Assembly (NCBI GenBank): GCA_964535585.1 | Contig: CAZHTR010000002.1 | Coordinates: 77,169 to 141,168 of the forward strand | Direction: 5' to 3' | DNA from: an uncultured bacterium | GTDB lineage: Bacteria; Fidelibacterota; Fidelibacteria; Fidelibacterales; Fidelibacteraceae | DNA length: 64,000 nucleotides | Shown here: one piece after another, positions 26,521-34,700 of the stretch | Layout: each line of letters opens with the position of its first letter | Numbering within the stretch: position 1 is the first letter of the stretch | Notes under the pieces: model-generated | Seen by the model: only the letters and a program-made list of their open reading frames with translations | What the model was told of the DNA's origin: nothing | Database searches by the model: none | Program-made: the position numbers and the translations under genes

Positions 26521-27162
26521 TCAATTGTCCATTGTTCGCAGGAGTTCCTTCGCATGTCCCATGCCCTGGTCGGCGGCGGATTTGACCCACTGATAGCCGG
26601 CTTCGCGCTGTTCGGGCGTTTCGGCGGTCTCGTAAAGCAATTTCCCCAGCAGATATTGTGGATAGGGGTGTCCGTTCGTAACACTTTTTTCCAGCCAGTG
26701 AATGGCCTTGGCCGTGTCGGGTTCCATGCCGCGGCCGCGGCTGTACATGATGCCCAGCATGTACTGGGACTGATCGTCCCCGCGTTTGGCGCTGCGGGTG
26801 AACCAGGTCAGGGCTTTGGCGTAATCTTGGTCCGTGCCGCTGCCGCTGTAATAGATCATGCCCATTTTGTTCTGCGCTTTGGGATCCCCGCCTTTTGCGG
26901 CGCGTTTATACCAGTCCAGCGCGCGAGTCGCATCCTTTTCCACACCGATGCCGTACTGATAATAGGTTCCCAGATGATACTGCGCTTCAGCGTTGCCCTT
27001 TTGGGCGGCGCTGCGGAAATGCTTCAGCGCCAGAACCGTGTCCGCGCTCGTCAGACTGTCGCCATGCATCAGCAATTTTGCCTGCTCCAGGTCGGAGCTG
27101 CCGGGTTGGGAACAGGCGAGGAGGAGGATGAACGGGATGAGGATCATTACATAATTTTTCAT
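26521..27162 (-). CDS. Sel1-repeat (TPR-like) lipoprotein
   Basis: Lipobox LLLACS follows the ATG at 27162. There are four or more Sel1 repeats (AQYHLGTYYQYGIGVEKDATRALDWYKRAA...). The longer ORF to 27300 would overlap glpK, so I chose the shorter start. Confidence 0.8.
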   Translation of the reverse strand: MKNYVMILIPFILLLACSQPGSSDLEQAKLLMHGDSLTSADTVLALKHFRSAAQKGNAEAQYHLGTYYQYGIGVEKDATRALDWYKRAAKGGDPKAQNKMGMIYYSGSGTDQDYAKALTWFTRSAKRGDDQSQYMLGIMYSRGRGMEPDTAKAIHWLEKSVTNGHPYPQYLLGKLLYETAETPEQREAGYQWVKSAADQGMGHAKELLRTMDN

Positions 27163-27274
27163 TTTTGGGTCCTTTTTTCTTCTTTTTGAGATACAAAATC
27201 CGTCATCTTGATGTATGGGAGGCTCTTGGGCCTCCCGCATGTCCCCGGGCGACTCGAGAGTCGCCCATACACGT

Positions 27275-28756
27275 CTATTTCTTCGCCTTTTCAACCGCAT
27301 TTATCCATCCGTCATACAAACGCTTCCTCGTCGTCTCATCCATATCCGGTTCGAAGCAGGCGCTGCCGGTTTTGCTTTTGATGAAATCGTCGCGGGTCCA
27401 GAAGCCACAGGCCAGTCCGGCCAGCATGGCAGCGCCCAGTGCGGTGGATTCCAGCTGGGGTGCGCGGCAGACGGGACAGTTCAGAATATCCGCCTGGAAC
27501 TGCATGAGGAAATCGTTGGCCGTGGCGCCGCCGTCCACATTCAGCGCGCGGAGTTTGACGCCCGCGTCGCGTTCCATAGCGTCCAGCACATCCTTGCTCT
27601 GGTAGGCAATGGATTCCAGGGTCGCCCGCACCAGATGGTTGGCCGTGGAGCCCTGGGTCAGACCGCTGATCGTGCCGCGGACATTCATGTCCCAGTGCGG
27701 CGCACCGAGTCCGCTGAATGCCGGCACCACATACACGCCGCCGTTGTCGCTCACGGCTTTGGCAGCGGACTCCGAATCCGCGGCGCTGCGGATCAGATGC
27801 AGTTTGTCCCGCAGCCACTGAATGGCCGCGCCGCCGGTGAAGACGGCGCCTTCCAGCGCGTAAGTAATATTGTTGTCCAGTCCCCAGGCGATGGTGGTCA
27901 GCAGTCCGCTGCGCGACACCACCGCATCGCTGCCGGTGTTCATCAGCATAAAGCAGCCGGTGCCGTAGGTGTTCTTTGCCATGCCGGGTTCGAAGCAGCC
28001 CTGACCGAACAGCGCGGCCTGCTGATCGCCGGCGATACCGCAGACGGGAAGCGACATGCCGTCAAAGCAGGCGGGATCGGTCATGCCGTAGATCTCGGAG
28101 GAATCCTTCACTTCCGGGAGCATGGTCTCCGGAATGCCGAAAAGCTTGAGCAACTCTTTGTCCCAGGTGCGGGTATGAATATTGAAGAGCATGGTGCGGG
28201 AGGCGTTGGACACATCCGTGATGTGCAGTTTTCCGCCGGTCAGCTTCCAGACGATCCAGGTATCGACCGTACCGAAGAGCAGGTCGCCCTTGTTCGCCCG
28301 GGCGCGTGCGCCGGGAACGTTCTCCAGTATCCATTCGATCTTTGTCGCGGAAAAATAGGCATCGATGATCAGACCGGTCTTATCGCGGATGTTTGCGGCA
28401 TGCCCGGTATTTTTCAGTTCTTCACAGCGTTTGGCGCTACGTTTGTCCTGCCAGACGATGGCATTGTACACCGGCTCGCCGCTATGGCGGTCCCAGACGA
28501 TGGTTGTCTCGCGCTGGTTGGTGATCCCGATCCCGGCGATATCCTTTGCGGAAAGATGCAGTTTTTTCAGGAGCTTGCGGGTAATGGCGATCTGGGTATT
28601 CCAGATATCGCGCGGATCCTGTTCCACCCGGCCGGGTGCGGGATAATGCTGCGGGAATTCCGCCTGTTCCATGCCGGCGATCCGGAAATCGCGATCAAAT
28701 ACGATGGCCCGCTCACTGGATGTCCCCAGGTCGAAGGTCAGAATATACGAAGCCAT
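27275..28756 (-). CDS. glpK: Glycerol kinase
   Basis: YILTFDLGTSSERAIVFD, GITNQRETTIVWD and GDQQAALFGQ match across the full length of 493 aa. Confidence 0.95.
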   Translation of the reverse strand: MASYILTFDLGTSSERAIVFDRDFRIAGMEQAEFPQHYPAPGRVEQDPRDIWNTQIAITRKLLKKLHLSAKDIAGIGITNQRETTIVWDRHSGEPVYNAIVWQDKRSAKRCEELKNTGHAANIRDKTGLIIDAYFSATKIEWILENVPGARARANKGDLLFGTVDTWIVWKLTGGKLHITDVSNASRTMLFNIHTRTWDKELLKLFGIPETMLPEVKDSSEIYGMTDPACFDGMSLPVCGIAGDQQAALFGQGCFEPGMAKNTYGTGCFMLMNTGSDAVVSRSGLLTTIAWGLDNNITYALEGAVFTGGAAIQWLRDKLHLIRSAADSESAAKAVSDNGGVYVVPAFSGLGAPHWDMNVRGTISGLTQGSTANHLVRATLESIAYQSKDVLDAMERDAGVKLRALNVDGGATANDFLMQFQADILNCPVCRAPQLESTALGAAMLAGLACGFWTRDDFIKSKTGSACFEPDMDETTRKRLYDGWINAVEKAKK

Positions 28757-28766
28757 TTAGTTCTTC

Positions 28767-29681
28767 CTAATTATGATACGTCATCCATTCCAGGATATCT
28801 TTATACACTTCTTTGCGGTTGGTTTCGTTGAGGATCTCGTGCCGTGCGTCTTTGAAGATATTGACCGTGACATCCTCCAGCTGGCAATCCAGATAAAGAT
28901 CGGCCACTTTTTCGGGTCCTTTCCCAAAATCGCCGACAGGATCCTTATCGCCGGAAACGATATAAACGGGAAGCGTAAAACGGATCCACTGATTATGTTC
29001 CTTTTTCGATATGTAATCCAGTCCGTAAAAAAGGTCCTGGAAAAACCCTACACTGCAGATAAAACCGCAGTACGGATCGTCGCGGTATTTTTGCACGACC
29101 TCCTTATCCCGGGAGAGCCAGGAAAAGGGGCCGTCCGATTCATAGGGTTTATTGAAACTTCCGAAACTTAATTTATCGAAAAAGGGGGAGGGTGTTTTTG
29201 CGCCATAGCGCAAGCGATGGAAACCGGCCAGCATCCGGGCGGTTTTAACCAGAAGGGGCGGCTGGGCCGCGGTGCCCGAGAGGATCAGACCGTGGACATC
29301 ATCGTACAGAGTGATGTAGGTGCGTGCAAGGAAAGAGCCCATGCTGTGACCGAAAAGGAACACAGGAATATCGGGATAATCTTTTTGTATGATCTTGGTC
29401 ACGCTGCGCATATCCGTAACGACCTTGATCCATCCGTTCTTTTCCGCAAAGTAGCCAAGATGTTCAACATCGCCGGCGGTCATACCGTGTCCGCGGTGAT
29501 CGTTGGCATACACGGCAATGCGGTGCTTGTTCAGAAAGAGCGCAAAATCCTCATAGCGCAGCGCATGTTCCGCCATACCGTGCGCGATCTGCATAACGGC
29601 AATGGGTTCTTCTTTCGGCAGCCAGCAGTGAAAGGCAATAGTTACACCGTCGTCCGTTTGAAAATAGTCCGTTTTTTTCAT
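28767..29681 (-). CDS. Alpha/beta hydrolase (lysophospholipase / monoacylglycerol-lipase-like)
   Basis: IAHGMAEHALRYEDF..., nucleophile elbow GHSMGS, and a C-terminal ...ARHEILNE. It sits next to glpK. Confidence 0.8.
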   Translation of the reverse strand: MKKTDYFQTDDGVTIAFHCWLPKEEPIAVMQIAHGMAEHALRYEDFALFLNKHRIAVYANDHRGHGMTAGDVEHLGYFAEKNGWIKVVTDMRSVTKIIQKDYPDIPVFLFGHSMGSFLARTYITLYDDVHGLILSGTAAQPPLLVKTARMLAGFHRLRYGAKTPSPFFDKLSFGSFNKPYESDGPFSWLSRDKEVVQKYRDDPYCGFICSVGFFQDLFYGLDYISKKEHNQWIRFTLPVYIVSGDKDPVGDFGKGPEKVADLYLDCQLEDVTVNIFKDARHEILNETNRKEVYKDILEWMTYHN

Positions 29682-29767
29682 ATTTCATCCGTTCGTAATT
29701 TGCCGATAAAGTATGATATAATTATTACTTTATCAATAAAAAACAAAAGGAACGGACAGCGGCCCCG

Positions 29768-30901
29768 TCAGAGATACTTTTTAAGCGCGTCCGCTTTATC
29801 CGTCGCTTCCCAGGTGAAACTGTCGCGACCGAAATGTCCGTAGGCGGCCGTTCTTTTATACACGGGTTTCCTCAGCTGCAGATGATCAATGATCCCCGCG
29901 GGTGTGAGCGGGAACTCTTTGCGCACGATCTTTGCGAGTTCGGCGTTGCTCAGGATGCCGGTACCAAAGGTTTCGACCAGCAGAGAAACGGGTTCCGCTT
30001 CGCCGATGGCATAGGCCACCTGGATCTCGCAGCGCTTGCACAGACCCGCGGCCACCAGATTTTTCGCGATATAGCGCATCATGTAAGCTGCGGAGCGGTC
30101 CACCTTGGTCGCATCCTTCCCCGAAAAGGCCCCGCCTCCGTGCCGCGCCATCCCGCCATAGGTATCCACGATGATCTTGCGGCCGGTCAGTCCGGCATCC
30201 GCCACGGGGCCGCCCTGTGTAAAGGCACCGGTGGGATTGATATGGATCTTGGTCTCCGTGTCCATCATATGGCCGCAGACCGGCTGGATAATATGTTCCT
30301 TGATGTCCGCGCGGATCTTTTCCATGGGGACGTCTTTTTTGTGATGATTGGAAACGACGACGGCTTCGATACGTGCGGGTGTGCCGTTGTCGTATTCGAT
30401 GGTCACCTGTGACTTGCCGTCCGGATAGAGATAATCCAGAATGCCTTTTTTACGTACTTCGGTCATTCTCATGGTCAGCTTGTGCGCCAGGGAAATGGGC
30501 AGCGGCATCAGTTCGGGTGTTTCATCGCAGGCGTAACCGAACATCATGCCCTGGTCGCCGGCGCCCTGATGGTCTACAACACCCATACTGATATCCGGGG
30601 ATTGTTCCGAGATGGAACTCAAAACCCCGCAATGCCGGCCATTGAATCCCACCTCACCGTTGTCGTAACCGATGCCGACGAGCGTATCGCGGGCGATCTT
30701 CTGGACATCGATGTATTCCGAGCGGGTCGACAGTTCGCCGCCGATCAGTACAAAACCGGTCTTAATGAAGGTCTCGATCGCTACGCGGGCTTGCGGATCT
30801 TTTTCGAGCACGGCGTCCAGAACGGCATCGCTGATCTGGTCGCAGACTTTATCGGGATGTCCCTCGGTCACCGATTCGGAAGTAAAAAATACTTTTTCCA
30901 T
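29768..30901 (-). CDS. metK: S-adenosylmethionine synthetase
   Basis: [36 protein letters not shown] and [20 protein letters not shown] chose the ATG at 30901 over the upstream extension to 30949. Confidence 0.95.
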   Translation of the reverse strand: MEKVFFTSESVTEGHPDKVCDQISDAVLDAVLEKDPQARVAIETFIKTGFVLIGGELSTRSEYIDVQKIARDTLVGIGYDNGEVGFNGRHCGVLSSISEQSPDISMGVVDHQGAGDQGMMFGYACDETPELMPLPISLAHKLTMRMTEVRKKGILDYLYPDGKSQVTIEYDNGTPARIEAVVVSNHHKKDVPMEKIRADIKEHIIQPVCGHMMDTETKIHINPTGAFTQGGPVADAGLTGRKIIVDTYGGMARHGGGAFSGKDATKVDRSAAYMMRYIAKNLVAAGLCKRCEIQVAYAIGEAEPVSLLVETFGTGILSNAELAKIVRKEFPLTPAGIIDHLQLRKPVYKRTAAYGHFGRDSFTWEATDKADALKKYL

Positions 30902-31076
30902 GGTATAAATCCTTTTATTTATGGTTGCTACGCCAATGTCAACGGTCATTCGCGCATCATGAGATCAGTGTTGGAGAGAGGAAAAGATAACGTTTTGACC
31001 TCTCCGGCCCACATCATTTTGCCACCGTGGCGTTACTCGGTTGGCGTCCCACTGAAGGAACTCTCGATGCGGGGGA

Positions 31077-31105
31077 AAATTAATGTGAATTTCGCCTTCC
31101 GTCAA
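31077..31105 (-). promoter_or_regulatory. Sigma70-like promoter candidate for metK
   Basis: On the minus strand: TTGACG (31105-31100), a 17-nt spacer, then TAATTT (31082-31077). This implies a leader of about 165 nt. Confidence 0.3.
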
Positions 31106-31173
31106 TATATTTTTTATAAAAAGCCCTAAAGCCGATAAAAATATTTTAAAAATAATCCGGACCTTAAAAAAAG

Positions 31174-31202
31174 TTGCATTTATAAGTTGATGCCGTTAAA
31201 TT
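31174..31202 (+). promoter_or_regulatory. Promoter candidate of an orphan short transcription unit
   Basis: TTGCAT (31174-31179), a 17-nt spacer, then TAAATT (31197-31202). Confidence 0.35.
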
Positions 31203-31301
31203 TTCGAATGAAAAAAGCGAGGAGCTGTTAGATACCGATTATTTGTTAAAGGCTGTTGAAAATTAAAATATTACGGACCGGCGCCTTTAGCGGATAATTT
31301 T

Positions 31302-31332
31302 ACCGAACGTTAAAGCCCGTTCGGTTTTTTTT
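31302..31332 (+). terminator. Rho-independent terminator immediately upstream of uppP
   Basis: ACCGAACG (31302-31309) pairs with CGTTCGGT (31318-31325) around an 8-nt loop, followed by T7 (31326-31332). No + strand CDS lies upstream. Confidence 0.6.
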
Positions 31333-31344
31333 AGGAAAGGAAAC

Positions 31345-32148
31345 ATGGAATATTTAAAGATCATCATTTTAGCCATTATTCAGGGATTGACGGAATTCTT
31401 GCCGGTCAGCAGTTCGGGACATCTGGTTCTGGCAAAATACATGCTGGGCTTGGAGTCCCCGGGAGTTACACTGGAGGTCTTTTTGCATTTCGGTACCTTT
31501 ATGAGCGTGCTCGTGATCTTCTGGAAAGATGTGGTCCGTATTATTGCGGCGGTTCTCGGGAATTTCTGGAAAGTCTGGAAATATCCGTCCATCATGAAAA
31601 AGAACGAAGATTTTGCCATGGGGGTATATATTTTTATTTCCATGATCCCCGCGGGTTTGGTGGGTCTGTTCTTCGAAGAACAGATAGAGGGATTTTTTGA
31701 CAATATCATTATGGTCGGCATCGCCCTGCTGGTTACCGGCACGATGTTATTCCTAACGCAATGGGCCCAAAATGAAAAAAAACCGCTGAAGGGATGGCGG
31801 GCAATGCTGATGGGACTGGCACAGGCGCTGGCCATCATTCCGGGTATCTCACGTTCTGGCACGACGGTTTCGACCGGCATGTTCCTCGGCATGCCGCGCG
31901 AGAAACTTGCAAAATTCTCATTTTTAATGGCGCTGCCGATCATTTTCGGGGCAACCCTCATAGAGGCAAAGGACGCATTGGCAACGGACGGGTTTGCCTG
32001 GCCGGCGATCATTATCGGAACGTTCACATCTTTTCTGTTCGGATATTTTGCCGTGAAATGGCTGTTGTCCGCGATCATCAAAGGCAAGCTTCATTTTTTC
32101 GGTTTCTATTGTTTGACGGTAGGATTTTTAGCACTTATTTTCGGATAG
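31345..32148 (+). CDS. uppP: Undecaprenyl-diphosphate phosphatase
   Basis: IIQGLTEFLPVSSSGHL and PGISRSGTTV motifs in a polytopic 267-aa protein. Confidence 0.9.
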   Translation: MEYLKIIILAIIQGLTEFLPVSSSGHLVLAKYMLGLESPGVTLEVFLHFGTFMSVLVIFWKDVVRIIAAVLGNFWKVWKYPSIMKKNEDFAMGVYIFISMIPAGLVGLFFEEQIEGFFDNIIMVGIALLVTGTMLFLTQWAQNEKKPLKGWRAMLMGLAQALAIIPGISRSGTTVSTGMFLGMPREKLAKFSFLMALPIIFGATLIEAKDALATDGFAWPAIIIGTFTSFLFGYFAVKWLLSAIIKGKLHFFGFYCLTVGFLALIFG

Positions 32149-32152
32149 AACC

Positions 32153-33151
32153 ATGAGTTGGCTCAGTGACTATAACCATGAAATGGCGACCATCAGGAAC
32201 GGGAATGTTCAGCCGGTCTACTTTCTTTACGGCAACGATTTTTATCTCTGCGACACAGCGATCCGGGCGATCCGGGAAGTCATGAAAAAAAAGCACGCAT
32301 CCTGCGATTACAATTATATCAACGCATCCGATACGGACGCTCCCGAACTGCAGAACCACCTGTTTGGAACATCCCTGTTCCAGACCGCCTCCTGTCTGGT
32401 GATCAACAATATAAAAGGTCTGCTCCCTTCGGCAAGAAAGGTTCTGAACGCTTATCTCGAAAACCCCCCGGCCGAGAACGTCCTGATCCTGACGGCCGAT
32501 GAGATAGACTATAAAAACGCGTTTTACAAGCGCATAAAAGAAAAAGCCGTCACCCTGATGACCACCAGTCCGTTCGAGAACGAGATCCCCGCGTGGATAC
32601 GCAACTATACGGCGGAACGCGGCAGAGATATCGATGCCACCGCGATCAGCGAACTGATGCGTTGTGCCGGGTCCGATCTCACGAATCTGAGCAACGAACT
32701 CGATAAGATACACCTTTATCTGCCCGAAGATGCGAATATCACAGACAAGGATGTCCGCATGGTCAGCGGATATTCCAAAACCTTCAGTATCGAACACATA
32801 CTGGATGCGATCGGTCAAAAAGACAAATCGCGTGCGGTGGCGATCGCCAAAAATTTAATTGAAAATGGCGTCAGCGAGGTTTATCTTATCGTTGCGCTGT
32901 ATCAACATATCTGGAAACTGCTTATGCTGAAAGATCCCCGCTTGCTGAAAACCCCCGATTACGGTAAGGTCGTGAGGGTATACAATCCCAAACAACTGGA
33001 ACAGATGCGGACCGTATCCGCCCGCTATACCTTCGGGCAGCTGCGAAGCGCGATCAATGCGCTGGTCGATGCCGACCGCAGAGTGAAAACCACCAGTTGT
33101 GATCCCCTGAGCAATATGATGATGGCGCTTGAAGGAATCATGTGCGCATGA
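32153..33151 (+). CDS. holA: DNA polymerase III delta subunit
   Basis: The 332-aa protein has N-terminal VYFLYGNDFYL and the helical C-terminal domain layout typical of HolA. Confidence 0.75.
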   Translation: MSWLSDYNHEMATIRNGNVQPVYFLYGNDFYLCDTAIRAIREVMKKKHASCDYNYINASDTDAPELQNHLFGTSLFQTASCLVINNIKGLLPSARKVLNAYLENPPAENVLILTADEIDYKNAFYKRIKEKAVTLMTTSPFENEIPAWIRNYTAERGRDIDATAISELMRCAGSDLTNLSNELDKIHLYLPEDANITDKDVRMVSGYSKTFSIEHILDAIGQKDKSRAVAIAKNLIENGVSEVYLIVALYQHIWKLLMLKDPRLLKTPDYGKVVRVYNPKQLEQMRTVSARYTFGQLRSAINALVDADRRVKTTSCDPLSNMMMALEGIMCA

Positions 33152-33729
33152 ACACCGAGAAGATCAAATACACGGATGAAGAACTCGTAGCACGCTTTCA
33201 GAAAGGTGATGAACGGGCATATATCGAACTTGTGAAGCGCTATAAAGACCGTTTGCTCAATTTTGTCTACCGTTACCTGAATTCCTACGAACAGGCCGAA
33301 GATGTCGTTCAGGACACCCTGATGAAATTATACACCAGCGCGCACATGTACCGCGAGATCGCAAAATTCAGCACCTGGATATTCACCATTGCCGCCAACC
33401 TGGCCAAATCGGAATTGCGCCGGATAAAGCGGCGCCGTGTCGTCTCCATTCACGATCTCGGTTATGACGACAAAGAATACGAGATCCCGTCCGAGGTCTA
33501 CAGTCCGGAAAAAGAGACCACCTCCTCCTACGGCGAGAAACAGATCCAGCAGGCGATCGATACCCTTCCGGACCAGTTCAAGACCGTGATCATTTTGCGG
33601 GAGGTCCAGCAATTGTCCTATGAAGAGATCAGTCAGATCCTCGGTGTGTCGATCGGCACGGTCAAGAGCCGGATCAACCGCGGACGTCTGCGTCTGCAGA
33701 AACTTTTAAAAGAATTGAAGGAACAATAA
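33142..33729 (+). CDS. ECF-type RNA polymerase sigma factor
   Basis: Region 2 is ERAYIELVKRYKDRLLNFVYRYLNSYEQAEDVVQDTLMKLY. Region 4 is SYEEISQILGVSIGTVKSRINRGRLRLQ. Confidence 0.85.
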   Translation: MRMNTEKIKYTDEELVARFQKGDERAYIELVKRYKDRLLNFVYRYLNSYEQAEDVVQDTLMKLYTSAHMYREIAKFSTWIFTIAANLAKSELRRIKRRRVVSIHDLGYDDKEYEIPSEVYSPEKETTSSYGEKQIQQAIDTLPDQFKTVIILREVQQLSYEEISQILGVSIGTVKSRINRGRLRLQKLLKELKEQ

Positions 33730-33805
33730 AAACTAAGGAACATTTCATACTCGTTGGGTTTTTATACCTTGTTCGTTAATATGAAACTGGAGGAATTGCG
33801 TATCG

Positions 33806-34324
33806 ATGGATTGTTACAGTTTTGATAAGGTCCTTTCGGACTATATCGATTCAACCCTAAGCGTAAAACAAAGACAAGAAGCAAATGAGCATATCGCAGC
33901 GTGTCCCGGGTGCAGGGAAAAACTTGCGGATATGGTCAACATGTTGAACTGCATCCGATCGCTTCCGTCCTGTTCCGCGCGTCCGGGTTTTGAAGCGCGC
34001 CTGATGGCGAAGATCGCCCGGGAAAAGCACAAAAAAGAAGCTCCCTTTGCGAACATGCTCAGGGAATATTCGCGGGTCATTTCTGTTGCTGCCGCCGTGA
34101 TGCTTCTTTTTGCAACATCCCTTTTCATTTACACCTCGGTTGTTCTGCCGGGTCATTCTGCAACTCCGCCGGCCGCGGAGATCCGCAGCATTGATGCGGG
34201 ACCGGTCAATCCGGTTGCACAACGTCCCGACATGAGCGTAAGCGGCACTGAAAAGAATCTGCCGGACAGCAGTAAGGCCGAGAGACCAAATTATAACCGC
34301 CGGATCATGATGGTAAATGAATAA
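33806..34324 (+). CDS. Putative zinc-finger (zf-HC2) anti-sigma factor, single-pass membrane protein
   Basis: N-terminal H-x3-C-x2-C (HIAACPGCREKL) and a central TM segment VISVAAAVMLLFATSLFIYT. It lies directly downstream of the ECF sigma gene. Confidence 0.6.
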   Translation: MDCYSFDKVLSDYIDSTLSVKQRQEANEHIAACPGCREKLADMVNMLNCIRSLPSCSARPGFEARLMAKIAREKHKKEAPFANMLREYSRVISVAAAVMLLFATSLFIYTSVVLPGHSATPPAAEIRSIDAGPVNPVAQRPDMSVSGTEKNLPDSSKAERPNYNRRIMMVNE

Positions 34325-34388
34325 ATAATTTGGATTTATTCAATTAATGCTTATATTTGCCGGCGAATAATTGAGCGGAGGTTATATC

Positions 34389-34580
34389 ATGGCGAAGCCA
34401 CAAGGTTTTGGAGCAAAGATCGCGCACCGCGAGAAAGCCGGTAAAACATGTCCCGCATGCGGACAGCAGATATCCTATGTCAAACACTATGAAAATGTTA
34501 AGACCGCAGGTCAAACCGTACGGTTCAAACAAAAGGTCGTGGGTGTTTGCGGATGCAATAAAAAGGATTATTTCGGATAA
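34389..34580 (+). CDS. Small basic zinc-ribbon-like protein (63 aa)
   Basis: ATG at 34389 sits behind GGAGG. It has CPAC...CGC cysteine pairs and is followed by a strong terminator. Confidence 0.5.
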   Translation: MAKPQGFGAKIAHREKAGKTCPACGQQISYVKHYENVKTAGQTVRFKQKVVGVCGCNKKDYFG

Positions 34581-34602
34581 TCGGAATTCGATACAAGCTC
34601 AG

Positions 34603-34632
34603 AACACCCCGTTCCCGGGGTGTTTTTCTTTT
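34603..34632 (+). terminator. Rho-independent terminator
   Basis: AACACCCCG (34603-34611) pairs with CGGGGTGTT (34616-34624) around the loop TTCC, followed by TTTTTCTTTT. Confidence 0.7.
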
Positions 34633-34700
34633 CTGATCCTTTTTATGTCCTTTCCCCTTTTGCTGTTTTATTATTGAGGTTTTTTCATTATTATTATCAG

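Noticed and set aside
27215-28831. A 538-aa + strand ORF covering the whole glycerol kinase locus.
   Set aside because: It is antisense to an unmistakable glpK. Its translation is low-complexity (Gly/Ala/His/Arg-rich) with no recognisable motifs. It is a typical shadow ORF.
32135-32818. A 227-aa minus-strand ORF inside holA, plus similar antisense ORFs at 47339..48130, 52364..53197 and 55554..56192.
   Set aside because: All are antisense to well-supported genes and lack start-site context and motifs.
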